Source: the human T2T-CHM13v2.0 reference genome, Homo sapiens
NCBI RefSeq assembly: GCF_009914755.1
Contig: NC_060933.1
Strand: one strand, 5' to 3'
Length of the DNA stretch: 64,000 bases
The notes under the pieces are model-generated. The model was given only the letters and a program-made list of their open reading frames with translations. It made no database searches and was not told where the DNA came from. Below are positions 1 through 12,513 of the stretch, in pieces (position 1 is the first letter of the stretch; each line of letters begins with the position of its first letter). The position numbers and the translations under genes are program-made.

Positions 1-99
1 TATGTAAATAAATAATTTCAATGCAATTTGAAAATAATAATTATAATGGTCATAATAAAAATGTTTAAATCAACAATTATTATAATTAACATATTTTGA

Positions 100-285
100 G
101 CATTATGATGTTCCTGGAATTCTGCTAAGTGATTATATTTTCTCATTTAAGCCTCATTATTACCCTGTAAGATGGGCATTATTATTTGCATTTTACAGAT
201 AATAAAATTGTGGCCCAGTGAGGTAGAATGACTTGCTCGAGGGCATACAGTCATAAATAGAAGAGTTCAGATCCAAATCCAAGTC
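100..285 (-). mobile_element. MIR SINE fragment
   Basis: attttacagataa...gaggtagaatgacttgctcgagggcatacag resembles the reverse-complement MIR core. Confidence 0.7.
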
Positions 286-287
286 TT

Positions 288-400
288 GGTTGGGTGTGGT
301 GGTTCACACCTGTAGTTGCAGCACTTTGGGAGGTGAAGCAGGAGGATTGCTTGAGGTCAGAAGTTTGAGACTAGCCTGGGCAACATTAAACAAAAGACCA
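288..400 (+). mobile_element. FLAM / Alu left monomer
   Basis: ggttgggtgtggtggttcacacctgtag...gagactagcctgggcaaca; single arm. Confidence 0.85.
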
Positions 401-583
401 AAAAAACCCTTAAAATCTATCTGTCTGATTCTATCTTCCTCCTCTTTCTGTTGGTCTATAGAGTTTCCAGGAAACTGTTAGGTTTGCATTTGCAATTGTG
501 AGACGTAAATCCCTAGGCTGAAAGAATCCTCCTTAATGCAGTAACTTTCAAAATCTTGACAGTAATCCACAGTGAGAACTTGA

Positions 584-1042
<459 letters not shown>

Positions 1043-1299
1043 TGACTCCATTGATCTGATTACTTTTTGATGGGTCTGACTTATGGTTTGAAAATCCCAC
1101 CTTAAGGGATATTGAAACCAGGTCTCTCTTTTGTAGATGTGAAGTCTGTGACTGGAGAGGGCAAACAATCTGGGGAGGGTCTAATTGGTAATCAGCAGGA
1201 ATCAGCTACCACATGGCTAGCCTAGAGTTTTGTATTTTCTGTTTTTTCCCTATTCATAGGTTCTAAAATGACAGTCCTGTTAACAGAAAGAACAATCAT

Positions 1300-1490
1300 T
1301 TTGTGATCCAGCTGCCCTTGATTCAAATCTGAATTCCACCCTGTCTAGCTATATGACTTGATGTATGACTTCATCTCTCTGAGCCTCTTTTCCTCTCTGG
1401 ACAAGGGAGGTAAAAATACCAATGAGGAGGCTTGTGAAGGTGAATTGATATCAAGGCCCAGTGCCTGGCATACATTATGTGCTTAACATA
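1300..1490 (+). mobile_element. MIR fragment
   Basis: ctctctgagcctcttttcctctctg...gcccagtgcctggcatac, MIR core and 3' end. Confidence 0.6.
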
Positions 1491-1644
1491 GGGGAGACAC
1501 CACAGGTAACTGGGCGAAATGTTAAGCAAGGGACAGTGAAGACTGAGAGTCACTTGTTAGGTGGTCATGAAAGCAACCTCGTTGGTTTCCAGAATCCAGT
1601 GCAGCCTTAAGATTTGAGATGCGGAGATAACATTTGTATGTGTT

Positions 1645-1800
1645 TAGCAGTGTGGTTCAGTGGGGGAAAATGCTTGGCTTTGATCCAAACAGATGTGGCT
1701 ATGAATCTCAGCTCCAGAACCTTCTAGCCTCAATCAACTTGTTTCTTCATCTGTAAACTGAAATATTAAAACTTCCTTCAAGAAGTATTGTGGGATTCAA
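1645..1800 (+). mobile_element. MIR fragment
   Basis: agcagtgtggttcagtgg...gtttcttcatctgtaaa. Confidence 0.6.
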
Positions 1801-2505
1801 CAAGGTATTTTCCCAGTATTTACCCCTTCCTTTCACAACATGGCTTAGAAATTTTATGGATCACTTTTGATTTTACCTTTATATTATAGAAATTTTTGAA
1901 CATACAAGAAAGTAAAAAGCATCCATATGCTGATCCATACACACCAAGTTTCCTGAATTATGGACCTGTTTGCATTGAATAGTTTAGTCTCTCCCCACAG
2001 TTGGCTAACATACTGCCTAGCTGATAGTAAGCATTCAAGAAATATTTGCTGGTTGAATGAATGGATAGGGGATGAAGAATGACAAACCTCACTTCTGTCA
2101 CCAATTACTTATAGCAGGAACCCAAACTCAAATGACTTCAGGGGCCAGACAGTCAGTGTAATTGGGTGAATTATGCCCGGGTAAGACAATAAGGAGTGAA
2201 GGAGACTGTGGAGAGGATATATGGCTTCTAAAGGGACTTGAACTTAAATAAATTTTAACACTCTCTGAAGGTCCACTCTCAAAGATCTGTGGGCTATCCA
2301 TGATCTCTGATTTTTAGAATGCCTGTTACATGATTTGCACCATGCTAGGCATTGAGACAAAGATATATCATGGACCAGTGAAAGGTAAACTGGAGAGTCC
2401 TACAGACCTAATCACCTGCTAAGTTGCTTTGGTTCACTAAGCCTCAGTGTTCTATCTGCAAATGCAAGTTATGAGACTGAATTTGCAGGATTGCTTAGGA
2501 GATCA

Positions 2506-2990
2506 TGGTAGGCAGCCTCTGAGATGACCCCCAATGATTCCCCACCTCCTGTTACTCTCACTCTTGTGTGATCTCTTCCTCTTAAGTGTGGGCTCAATTT
2601 AGAGAGTTGCTTCTAATGAATAGGATACAGCAGAAGTGATGGGATGTCATTTTCAAGACTAGGTTATAAAAATTGTGGCTTCTTCGTAGAGTGTTCTTTC
2701 TGTTGCTTGGATTGTTCACTCCCCAGTCCTGAGGGAGCCCTCTGGAGAGGCTTATGTGAGTGAGCTGGGGAATGAGTTTTCTAAGACCTGCCAATAACCA
2801 TATGTGGTGAGCTCAAATGCAGATCCTCATCCAGCTGAGTCTTCAGATGACACCACTGCCCCAACCCACACCTTGACTGCAACCTCATGAGAGACCGTGA
2901 GCCAGTGGCACCTAGGTAACCAACACTCACAGTTTCTCAACCCACAGAAACATTTACTTGTTATATGTGGTAACAGCCACTAAACAAGAA
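2506..2990 (+). mobile_element. MLT1F-like ERVL-MaLR solo LTR
   Basis: tggtaggcagcctctgagatgacccccaatgattcccacctcctg...cttgactgcaacctcatgagagacc, MLT1 hallmarks. Confidence 0.8.
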
Positions 2991-3440
2991 ATCTTAATAC
3001 CCTATAAACAAATGCTATGGCAAAAAAAATGTACATGGAGGGTAGGAACCTGAAGGAGAGAGCTTCCAATACTGGAGTCAGAGAAAGATTCACAGAAGAA
3101 ATGAGTATTGGGTTACATAAGATGACTAAGAATATGAGGCAGAGAAACAGTATAAGAGTATGCTTTGTAGGGGGAACAGCCAAGACATAAGCAGTGAAAG
3201 GAACAGCAAGTGTGGATGGTGTGGTGGTTACGGGGCAGGAGACGAGACAGAAGGCAGACCACAGAGGACCCTTATTCAGTAAACGTGATTTATATTTGAT
3301 TGACATTTCACTTTAGGATGCTCACTAGAATTGCATACTCAGAGAAGTAGGAGAGACAGTGGAAGTAAGGTAGTTCTTTGCCCACCTCCACTGTCTTTTC
3401 CAGGTAGTCCTCAAGAGAAAGTTAACTAAGGTATTCACTA

Positions 3441-3745
<305 letters not shown>

Positions 3746-5709
3746 TTATTAAGGTGTTTACCTAAGTCCATTGTCAACTATCTTATTGTTAAATAGACAA
3801 GGCATGCAGCCGAGGAGGTTCATTTGACCCAGGTCATCTTGTATGAAAGTCCATACCTCGCACTTCTGCTGGCACTGCTTTTGTTATGTAATAAAATCAT
3901 GCTCCTCTTGAGCAGCTGGAATTTCTTTTAATCTGACAGACATTATGAATCACACATCCCTGATAAGTGTTTCCAACTTAGCCTGTGGAAAACTCAAGTT
4001 AATTTGTGTCCCAACTTCCTACTCTACCTGGGGAGAATCAGTCTTCCTCTGGCTTCATGCAACTATTCTAACTTAATTTTGCCATTCCCATTACTTTTAA
4101 AGACTGTTTTCATTGTATTGTATTGTAGATTTTTTAAATAGCTACTTCAAGATTTTTGGGGGAGTGGGATGTGGTAAACATAAATGTATATAAAGGGTTC
4201 TATTAATTCTGTGGAAATGAAAATGAGGAAAAGAAAGAATGATGCCTCATCTCCCTCAGCAAATACTTGAATTCCTACATTCTTAGGAATACTACAAGAA
4301 GGAATGAAAGGTTTTGGGAGAAGATGGACAGTTACTTTTAACACATGCACATTTGAGGTCCTCTGGAAACAGAGCTGTCCACTACTGAATTGGTTATGTA
4401 AGTAAGGAGCTCAGGAGTGAGGTAGATTCTGGAGAGAAAGTTTAGAAGTCATCACCCCAGTTGTTGAAGCCAATGGAGGAAAGAGACAGTTCTTTAAGAC
4501 AGTTCTAACTGTGGCTAAGACAGTTGTGTCATTAGCCACAAATGACAGCAATAGAAAGAGAAAAGATATATGATCCTCTAACAACACAGAAATTATCCCA
4601 TGACTGATGGCATACACATGTACATTACCCATTCACCCATGCAGCTCACAAGTGAATTATATAACACCACATTGACACCTAATTTTAAATCTTATGAATA
4701 GACATGAAGTGCCAATTTACACTCGGCACTAGAAATTCTTTCCGGGATATGTATTTTTTATACATTCGTTTTCTTCTCTTATTGAGTTTATAAATCATTT
4801 ATTTCCCGGTGGTTTAAAAACAAACATACAACATTGTTTGGAGAAGTGATGGTCTGCTATAAAAGTTAGATGGTCAGTACTAATGGGGAAATTTTGATCG
4901 CTTCAGGGTTGTTCTTTTCCATGCCTGGCACATGCAAGATGAAGCTAATTTGTATTATGAAATATAATGTGTTCTCTTTTTATTTTATTGAAATGCTTTA
5001 AAACTTAAGATCAGAGCTGGGTTAACAATATTTTCCAAGTAAAACACCATCAAGTACAAATATTACCAAGGACCTCCAAGTTCCTTGTTAAGTGCCCTAT
5101 ACATTTACATGAAAAGGGATTTTTAAAAGTTTCCTCTATTCCTTACTCCCCACTCAGTGCTGGTTAATTAACCAATCATAAAGAAAAGATGAAAGTATGT
5201 GAACCTCAAATCCTTGTGTTCTGGAAAAAAAACATACTCACAGAATAATGAAAAAAAATTTCAACTAATGAGAACCAGGAACAATGACCACTGGAAATAA
5301 TGAAAACAGTTGGATCAAACAGGTAAAAACTTCACAGAAAATTAGCAGTGCATTGGTCTGGCTTTGCTTCTGTGTCTCCTTAAGGCCTATGTCTTGGTTG
5401 GATGACTTATTGGTGGGAGCAGAGGGGAGCTCTTTTCTTCAGAGTACATGGTTTAAATGTTCTTTCAACTTTGTTGGCTAACAGGTTGTTTAATATGCCT
5501 TTTCACCTGGCTTCCATCTCTTTACATACATATTTAAAGTCCCTGCCTTCTGCTGCAGTCCACCATCTTGAAACAGCCTGTCCCTTATTCAGCCAGCACA
5601 GACACTCCAACCTCCCTGATATTGCATAGCAGGGAGATGAGGTTTAGAGTTGTATGACTTTCTTGACTTGGAAGAGGAACTGGATTTGTTCCATTTTAAA
5701 TGCTGCTTG

Positions 5710-6300
5710 TGGCAGTCTATGGCAGGCAAAATTTTGTCCTCTTTCTAGGTATTAGGACGGGATAAATTCTCCAGCCTTCTTTGCAGTTAGGTTGGGGCTT
5801 GCGCTGGAGTTCTTGCCAATGGAATGTGCACAGAAATGATGTCCACTAGTGGTTCTCACGCTACAGTGTGTATAATGAGTCATCCCATCACTCAGGGATC
5901 TTGTTGAAATGCAGATTCTGATTCAGTAGGTTTTGGGTGAGGCCCATGATTCTGCACTTCAATAAGCTCTTAGTTAATACCAGTGCTGCTGGTTTTATGG
6001 ACAACACTTCAAGTAGTAAGAACGTACACCAATTCCAACTTGGCCATAAAATATCATGTGCAGTCTTCCAAGATTTCTCTGCTTTATCTGTACAGCTACA
6101 AGTAAAGCACTTGGAATGGTAGAGTGCTTCCCTCAATGGATGGAAGGAGACTGGATCCCTCTGACACTGACTGGAAGAGCTCTGCTAAGCAAAGCTGCGA
6201 GCTCATGAAAGACTGTGAGGAGAGTAAGAGGTAACCTTTTATTGTGTTAAGTCATTAATGTCAGGGTTTACTTGTTACTACAGCATGGCTTCCTCTAACA
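5710..6300 (+). mobile_element. Old MLT1 (J-like) LTR interrupted by MER5A
   Basis: ttcttgccaatggaatgtgcacagaaatgatg before, and ttttattgtgttaagtcatt...ttgttactacagcat after, the MER5A. Confidence 0.6.
5847..6020. mobile_element. MER5A hAT-Charlie MITE
   Basis: tagtggttctca...cttgttgaaatgcagattctgattcagtagg...tgattctgcacttcaataagctc. Confidence 0.8.
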
Positions 6301-6974
6301 CCTCCTCTTATCAACTGCCTTTTCTGAGTCTTTCCTTGACTCATGATTTTGAGTTAACTTAGTAAACTTACCAAAGGCTGACTTTGCACCAAGAATCATT
6401 ATAGGTACTGGAAAATTTAAAAGATGAAGGAGGTGGAGTCATTTTTTCCTAAGGAGCTGGGAGAGGAGATAAGAAATGGGATCAAATAATGAACAACAAG
6501 TTTCAAAGGGATCAGAGTCCAATAAAACCTGCCGCCTGAGCTCTTAAGAGAGAAATGGAAATCGTAGTTGTGAACATCAGGCTTTCTAGAAGTGGCTGTA
6601 CCAACATCAGCCTTGAAAGGTGAGTAGAGTTTGAATTTATAACAATTAGGATAAGAGCACATTGGAGGAGTTAAAGTCAGGAAATGGCAGGAAGGTACCC
6701 GGGAAATGTGGGACTTGCCAATGGGATCCAGTATAGGGTGAAGAATTGGAGTCATGGTATATCCAACAGAAATGAAGGTCAAGGTTGTATCATAGAATAC
6801 TTTGAATGGCAATTTGAGGAGCTTGGATTTATCCTGAGGATAGAAGGGAACTCTTGGGTTTCAATAGGAGTGTGATCTCACTGGATATAATGAGGAGGGG
6901 TGTGTGGCTCTGGTACCACACTGTCCCTACTCCCAGGGTCTGTTGCAATAGTTCAGGTATAAGAGACTGAGGTC

Positions 6975-7272
6975 CAGCAAACTAACACAGGAACAGGAAA
7001 CCAAACACCACATGTTCTCACTCATAAATGGGAGCTGAACAATGAGAACACATGGACACAGGGAGGGGAACATCACATACTGGGGCCTGTCGGGGAGTTG
7101 GGGGAAAGGGGAGGGAGAACATCAGGACAAATACCTAATGCAAGTAGAGCTTAAAACCTAGATGACGGGTTGATAGGTGCAGCAAACCACCATGGCACAT
7201 GAATACCGAGGTAACAAACCTGCACGTTTAGCACGTGTATCCCAGAACTTAAAGTAAAATTAAAAAAAAAAA
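6975..7272 (+). mobile_element. 5'-truncated L1PA 3' end
   Basis: L1 3'UTR (catgttctcactcataa...acatggacacagggagggg...cccagaacttaaagta), poly-A, 14-bp TSD aagagactgaggtc (6961-6974)/aagaggctgaggtc (7273-7286). Confidence 0.95.
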
Positions 7273-7814
7273 AAGAGGCTGAGGTCTGAGCATAAAGATG
7301 AAAAAGACAAGGAAATCTGACAACATTGGGAGAAAGATAGAGAAGCACCTCCCCATTCCACTCCAACCCCTGTTCAGAAACCGGGGTGCTGCATCTCTGA
7401 GATGTTGTGTCTTGACATGTAACCAGTGTGTCTTAGTTACATGTAACAAAGTCAGTAAGCCATGGTGTTAGGTCTCAGAGCCCTGGCTTCTTGCTCCAAG
7501 CTCACTATGTTTCCACTTGAGTACAAGGTTGTCTCCAGTGTCATAGGTGCCCTCTAAAGTTGTACTCGGTGAGCTGGATCTAAGTACAGCATAATTCACA
7601 TCTTGCAATGTGACCATCTTTGCAAATTTAATTTCAATAGTTTTGAGTCACCCCAGTTGGGAAATTTATTGGAACTCTATTTCACTATGACTTGCCAACA
7701 GCAAGTTTAAGACACACTTTAAAAAGACATTGATTACTCTAAAGGTGCTTCAACCAAACCTGCTGCTATTTCTTTGGGGTCTGTACCACACCTGGGTGAG
7801 AGGGTTTAGGCAGT

Positions 7815-7848
7815 CTTTCTTTCTCTCTCTTTCTTTTCTTTTCTTTTC

Positions 7849-7911
<63 letters not shown>

Positions 7912-8074
7912 TCCTTTCTTTCCTTCTTCCTTCCTTCCTTTCTTTCTCTTTCTCTTTTTCTTCCTTCCTTCCTTCATTTCTGCCTTCCTTCCTTCCTTTT
8001 CTTTTCTTTCTTTCTCTCTTCCTCTCTTTCTCTCTTCCTTTCTCTCTCTCTTTCCTTCCTTCCTTCCTTCCTTC
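7815..8074. repeat. Compound (CTTT)n/(CCTT)n/(CT)n pyrimidine microsatellite
   Basis: Directly visible; abuts an Alu 3' stub. Confidence 0.95.
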
Positions 8075-8121
8075 ATTTTTTTTGGAGGCAGGGTCTCACT
8101 CTGTCACTCAGACCAGAGTGT
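8075..8121 (-). mobile_element. Alu 3'-terminal stub
   Basis: ttttggaggcagggtctcactctgtcactcagaccagagtg. Confidence 0.7.
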
Positions 8122-8379
8122 AAAAGGGAGAACTTCCTGCAACTGTTGTCAGACAGAAATTTGTTTGAATCTTATGTCTGCCACTTCCTAACCATGTGAT
8201 CTGGAACAAATAATTTAACATTCTGGAGCGAAGGTTTCTGTAGTTTACAATGGGGAGGGTGATTACCGCCAAAATTACATGAAGGTTCCATGAGATGATG
8301 GTGATGAAGTTCTGAGCACAGTGCACTGCACCCAGTGCCGAGAGTCCAGTCAGCGTCGATGCTCCTATCTCTATCCTGG

Positions 8380-8765
8380 GTATACTAATGAGAGCAATGG
8401 TAGCTGCTCTAATGAACAAGTCCAAAAGTTGCAGTGACCTTAAAGTAATAAAACACTATTTTTCACTCACCAAGCTGTTGATATGGATGTTCCTGGTTGC
8501 CAGGAAACCTTTCACACGGTGAGTCAGAAACCCTGCCTCCTTCTTCCTGTGGCTTCTTTCTCACCTAAGATGTGAAAAGACAGGTTGGAGAAGGAATGCC
8601 TTGGACCAGGAGTGAGACACATCGCTTATGCTCATTGGTGTAAAGTGGTCACATGACCACTCACGAGAAGCAAGAGGTGCTGGGAAATGTAATCACCGAC
8701 ATGGCAGCTACTTCCCAGTGACAGTTCTACACTATGGAAGGGAAGCAGTTAGCTGTCTCTACCGT
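8380..8765 (-). mobile_element. Old ERVL-MaLR (MLT1K/L-like) LTR remnant
   Basis: gctgctctaatgaacaag...cagtgaccttaaa...gctcattgg...ggtcacatgacc...gctgggaaatgtaatc. Confidence 0.5.
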
Positions 8766-10113
8766 AGGAGGGGGAATTCTGAGGCAGGACTGGGATATGG
8801 GCCAAGGAGCTGGGTTTATAGTGGTGAAAACAACATGTCAGATTCACATTTCTTTCCTCTCTGTCTCTTCTAGAGCTCAATCCAGCAGATCCTGTCCCAC
8901 TTGGAACCTGGCTATGAGTGAGAAAACATCTGTGGTTGGAAAATGGGGCTGGTGATTCAGGCCTGTTTGGGAAGAAGATGCTCTTGAATGCTTTGCTCAA
9001 CAAACACCTCCCTTCTGCAAGGAGGTGAGAGGTCATCTGTCTGTCTACTTTGACACTTTCACCCACTGAACTTCAGGGCTTAAGACACCTTCCCCATAAA
9101 TTGGAGTGAGCGCGGCACAAACTGTCCCTGAATTTGACCATAACTGACTCACCAAAGGTCTGAGTAGGGGAGAAGGCAAAAACAGACAAACAGGCACTGA
9201 GGACTTTGCCATCCCAGACCTGTGTCATGTAAACAGGCTGTCTGCTTCACAGCCAAGGAATGAGCCCTGGACGTGGGTCGGAACTGGAGCCTTAACAGCT
9301 AATACCCAGAGCCTTTGACTGTGGACGACTGTGTTCAAAGGGGCAGGCTGCCCACTACTAGGGCATGGAGGAGAGGCAGGATGTGGGGAAAGAGTGTGGT
9401 TTTGGAATCAGACACAACTGGTCCCCGCCACTTACTCAGCCTTGTGACCTCAGATGAAAAAGTCTCTTATTCTTACTAAGGCTCAGTTTCCCCAACTGTG
9501 AAACTGACATAACACTATGGACTTCAAAAGGCTTTACAAGCAAAACAATTTATAAAACAATTTATTCAACAATTTATTCAGGCACTTAGCACAGTGCTAG
9601 CACATAGATATAAGTAACAGTTTTTTTTCTCTGTTCCTTCTACGTGGAGGAGAGGCATCTGTTGTCTCTTCAAGTTAATTAATTTGAAAATATCCAGTAG
9701 CAACCATTTCTTAAATTCCTCTTACGAGCCATTTAGTTTTGCAACAACTGCAAGATAGACAGTATTATTCCCATTTTACAGATATGGACATTGAAGCTCA
9801 GGAGGTACACCGGATATAGTGACTTTGATCTTCTCATTGCCCTGACACTGATGAGAGAGAGATAACAAAATCAAAAAGAACAGTTGGAGGAATAAATGTC
9901 AAATATAGGAGGCTGGAAGCATAGTCTCTAACCTCAGTCTAGCCTCGGATAATAGCATTTTCATCTTGCTACAGCAGTAGCAGACACCAGCTGGGTGCCT
10001 TCTCCCTATTTTATTCATTTGTATGTTCATTGAGCAATTTATCTATTGCTAATTCCTTAGCAAGCATTTACTGTGACCTTCCTTTTATTATTACTATTAT
10101 TATTATTCATTTT

Positions 10114-10414
10114 AGAGACAGGGCTATGCCATTATGTTGCCTACGCTGGAGGGCAGTGGTTATTTACAGGTGTGATGCCGCTACTGATCAGCATGGGAGT
10201 TTTGACCTGATTCATTTCTGATCTGGGCCCATTTGCCCCTCCTTAGGCAACCTGTGATGCCCCACTCCCAGGAAGTCACTGTATTGATGCTGAACTTAGT
10301 GTGGGCACTTCATGGGCACAGCACACTACAGCCCAGAACTCCTGGGCTCAAGTGATCCTTCCACCACAGCTTTTCCAGCAGCTGGGACTACAGGTACATG
10401 CCATTGTGCTCAGC
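10114..10414 (-). pseudogene. Full-length 7SL (SRP) RNA retropseudogene
   Basis: Reverse complement contains the SRP S-domain absent from Alu (ctgatcagcatgggagttttgacctg, cctccttaggcaacctg, tattgatgctgaacttagtg); A-rich tail 10084-10113; TSD tactgtgaccttcct (10069-10083)/tactgtgtacttcct (10415-10429). Confidence 0.95.
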
Positions 10415-10442
10415 TACTGTGTACTTCCTATGTCCTCAAATC

Positions 10443-10608
10443 CTGCTACTCAAAACATAATTCCTAAGCCAGAAGCATCAGCATCACTGAGAGCTTATTA
10501 GAAATGCTGATTCTCAGGCCTAACCTCGGACCAACTGAACCAGAGAATCTGCATTTTAACAAGATCCCTGGGTGATTCACAGCATATATGAAAGATTGAA
10601 AATTGCTA
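10443..10608. mobile_element. MER5A MITE
   Basis: gcatcagcatcactgagagcttattagaaatgc...gaatctgcattttaacaagatccctgggtgattc. Confidence 0.85.
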
Positions 10609-10624
10609 TCCTTGATGCTTTTCT

Positions 10625-10923
10625 TTTTTTTTTTTTTTTTTTGAGATGGAGTCTCACTCTGTCACCAAGGCTAGAGTGCAATGGCATGATCTTGGCTCAC
10701 TGCAACCTCCGCCTCCCGGTTCAAATGATTCTCCTGTCTCAGCCTCCCAAGTAGCTGGGATTACAGGCACGTGCCACCATGCCCAGCTAATTTTTGTATT
10801 TTTAGTAGAGATGGGGTTTCACCATGTTGGCCAGGCTGGTCTTGAACTCCCGACCTCAGGTGATTCACCTGCCTCGGCCTCCCAAAGTGCTGGGATTACA
10901 GGTGTGAACCACCACACCTGGCC
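10625..10923 (-). mobile_element. AluS (Sx/Sq-like)
   Basis: Dimeric Alu; perfect 16-bp TSD tccttgatgcttttct (10609-10624/10924-10939). Confidence 0.97.
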
Positions 10924-10991
10924 TCCTTGATGCTTTTCTATCTTGGTGAAATACTTATTGGGAGGACTCCCAGTACTGCTACCTTCCTTAT

Positions 10992-12204
10992 TGTGAGTAG
11001 AAAAAAACTGAAAAAGTCAAAGTGTTTTTTCAATTCTCTCACTCAACAATAATCACCACTGAAGACTCCTGTGACCAACTCTGTGGGGATTTCTCCTCAC
11101 CAACAAGCAGTCAGTTCTGTAGCAGACACCAGCTGGGTACCCTCCAATCCAATTCAATTCTGATGTTACCTACCTGGAGGTAGCGTCAGATGCCACAGGT
11201 TGAGGGCTCAGTCCCACGTGACTGCCCCTAACTTATGATACCAGTCAAAAGCCCCAGGTTGTTTTATTTGTGCTTCTGACTGACCGTCTATAAGTCAGGG
11301 ATCCCCTGAACCCCTTTTTGTGTGTGATTAATTTACTGGAGCAGAGCTTACAGAACTCAAGGAAACACTTAACATTTACTGGTTTATTATTGTATTAGTT
11401 CGTTTTCATGCTGCTAATAAAGACATACCTGAGACTTGGTAATCTATAAAGGAAAGAGGTTTAATGGACTCATGGTTCAGTTCCACATGGCTGGGGAGGT
11501 GTCACAATCATGGCAGAAAGTGAAGGGGAAGCAAGACATGTCTTGCATGGTGGCAGGCAAGAGAGACAGCATGTGCAGGGGAACTGCCCTTTATAAAACC
11601 ATCAGCTCTCATGAGACTTATTCATTATCATGAGAACAGAATGGGAAAAACCAGCCCCCATGATTCAATTACCTCCTACCAGGTCCCTCCCATGAAACGT
11701 GGCGATTATTACAAATTGAGATTTGGGTGGGGACACAGCCCAACCATATCAGTTATAATGGGTATTACAAAGGATACGGATGAAGAGATGCATAGGTCAA
11801 GGCATGGGGGAAAGGGCACGGAGCTTCCATGCCCTCTCTGAGTGTACCACCCTCCAGGAACCTCCATGCGTTCAGCTATCCAGAAGCTCTCTGAACTCCG
11901 CCCTTTCAGATTTTTATGGAGGCTTTATTATGTAGGCATGATTGATTGATTAAACCATTGGCCATTGGTGATCAACTTGACCTTCGGCCCTTCTCCTCGC
12001 CCCAGAGGTTGTGGGTGGGGCTGAAAGTCCTAACCCTCTAATCATGTCTTGGTGACTAGCCCTCATTCTGAAGTTACCTAGGGCCTACAAGCCATCAGTC
12101 AACTCATTAGCATACAAAAACATCGCTGTGCAGATTCCAAGGATTTTAGGAGTTGTATGCCAGTAACAGGATGGAAGATTAAATATATATTTTACAATAT
12201 TACA
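10992..12204. mobile_element. MER21-type LTR interrupted by THE1
   Basis: TG...CA ends; tcagatgccacaggttgagggctcagtcccac, cagaactcaaggaaacactt and gagcttccatgccctctc match remembered MER21. Confidence 0.8.
11391..11751 (-). mobile_element. THE1 solo LTR nested in MER21
   Basis: tgtattagttcgttttcatgctgc...gggacacagcccaaccatatca is the reverse complement of THE1; 5-bp TSD attat/gttat. Confidence 0.92.
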
Positions 12205-12286
12205 TTAATCCACACAAGGAACAATGGGGCACCTCTAGAACACAATTTTTTTTTCTTCACTTCAGTGCACCTGTGATCATCTAGAC

Positions 12287-12513
12287 CAGGGATGTCCAAT
12301 CTTTTGGCTTCTCTGGGCCACATTGGAAGAAGAAAAATTGTCTTGGGCCTCACATAAAACACACTAACAGTAATGATAGCTGATGGGCTAAAAAAAAAAT
12401 TTTGCAAAAAAAATCTCATAGTATTTTAGGAAAGTTTATGAATTTGTGTTGGGCTGCATTCAAAGCCATCTTGGGCTGCATGCGGCCCATGGGCCCCAAG
12501 TTGGAAAAGCTTG
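12287..12513. mobile_element. MER30 hAT-Charlie MITE
   Basis: cagggatgtccaatc...gttggaaaagcttg; TSD atctagac/gtctagag fits the NTCTAGAN Charlie target. Confidence 0.9.

Noticed and set aside
7730-8191. F/L/S-rich and K/E/R-rich ORFs
   Set aside because: Stop-free by-product of the microsatellite.
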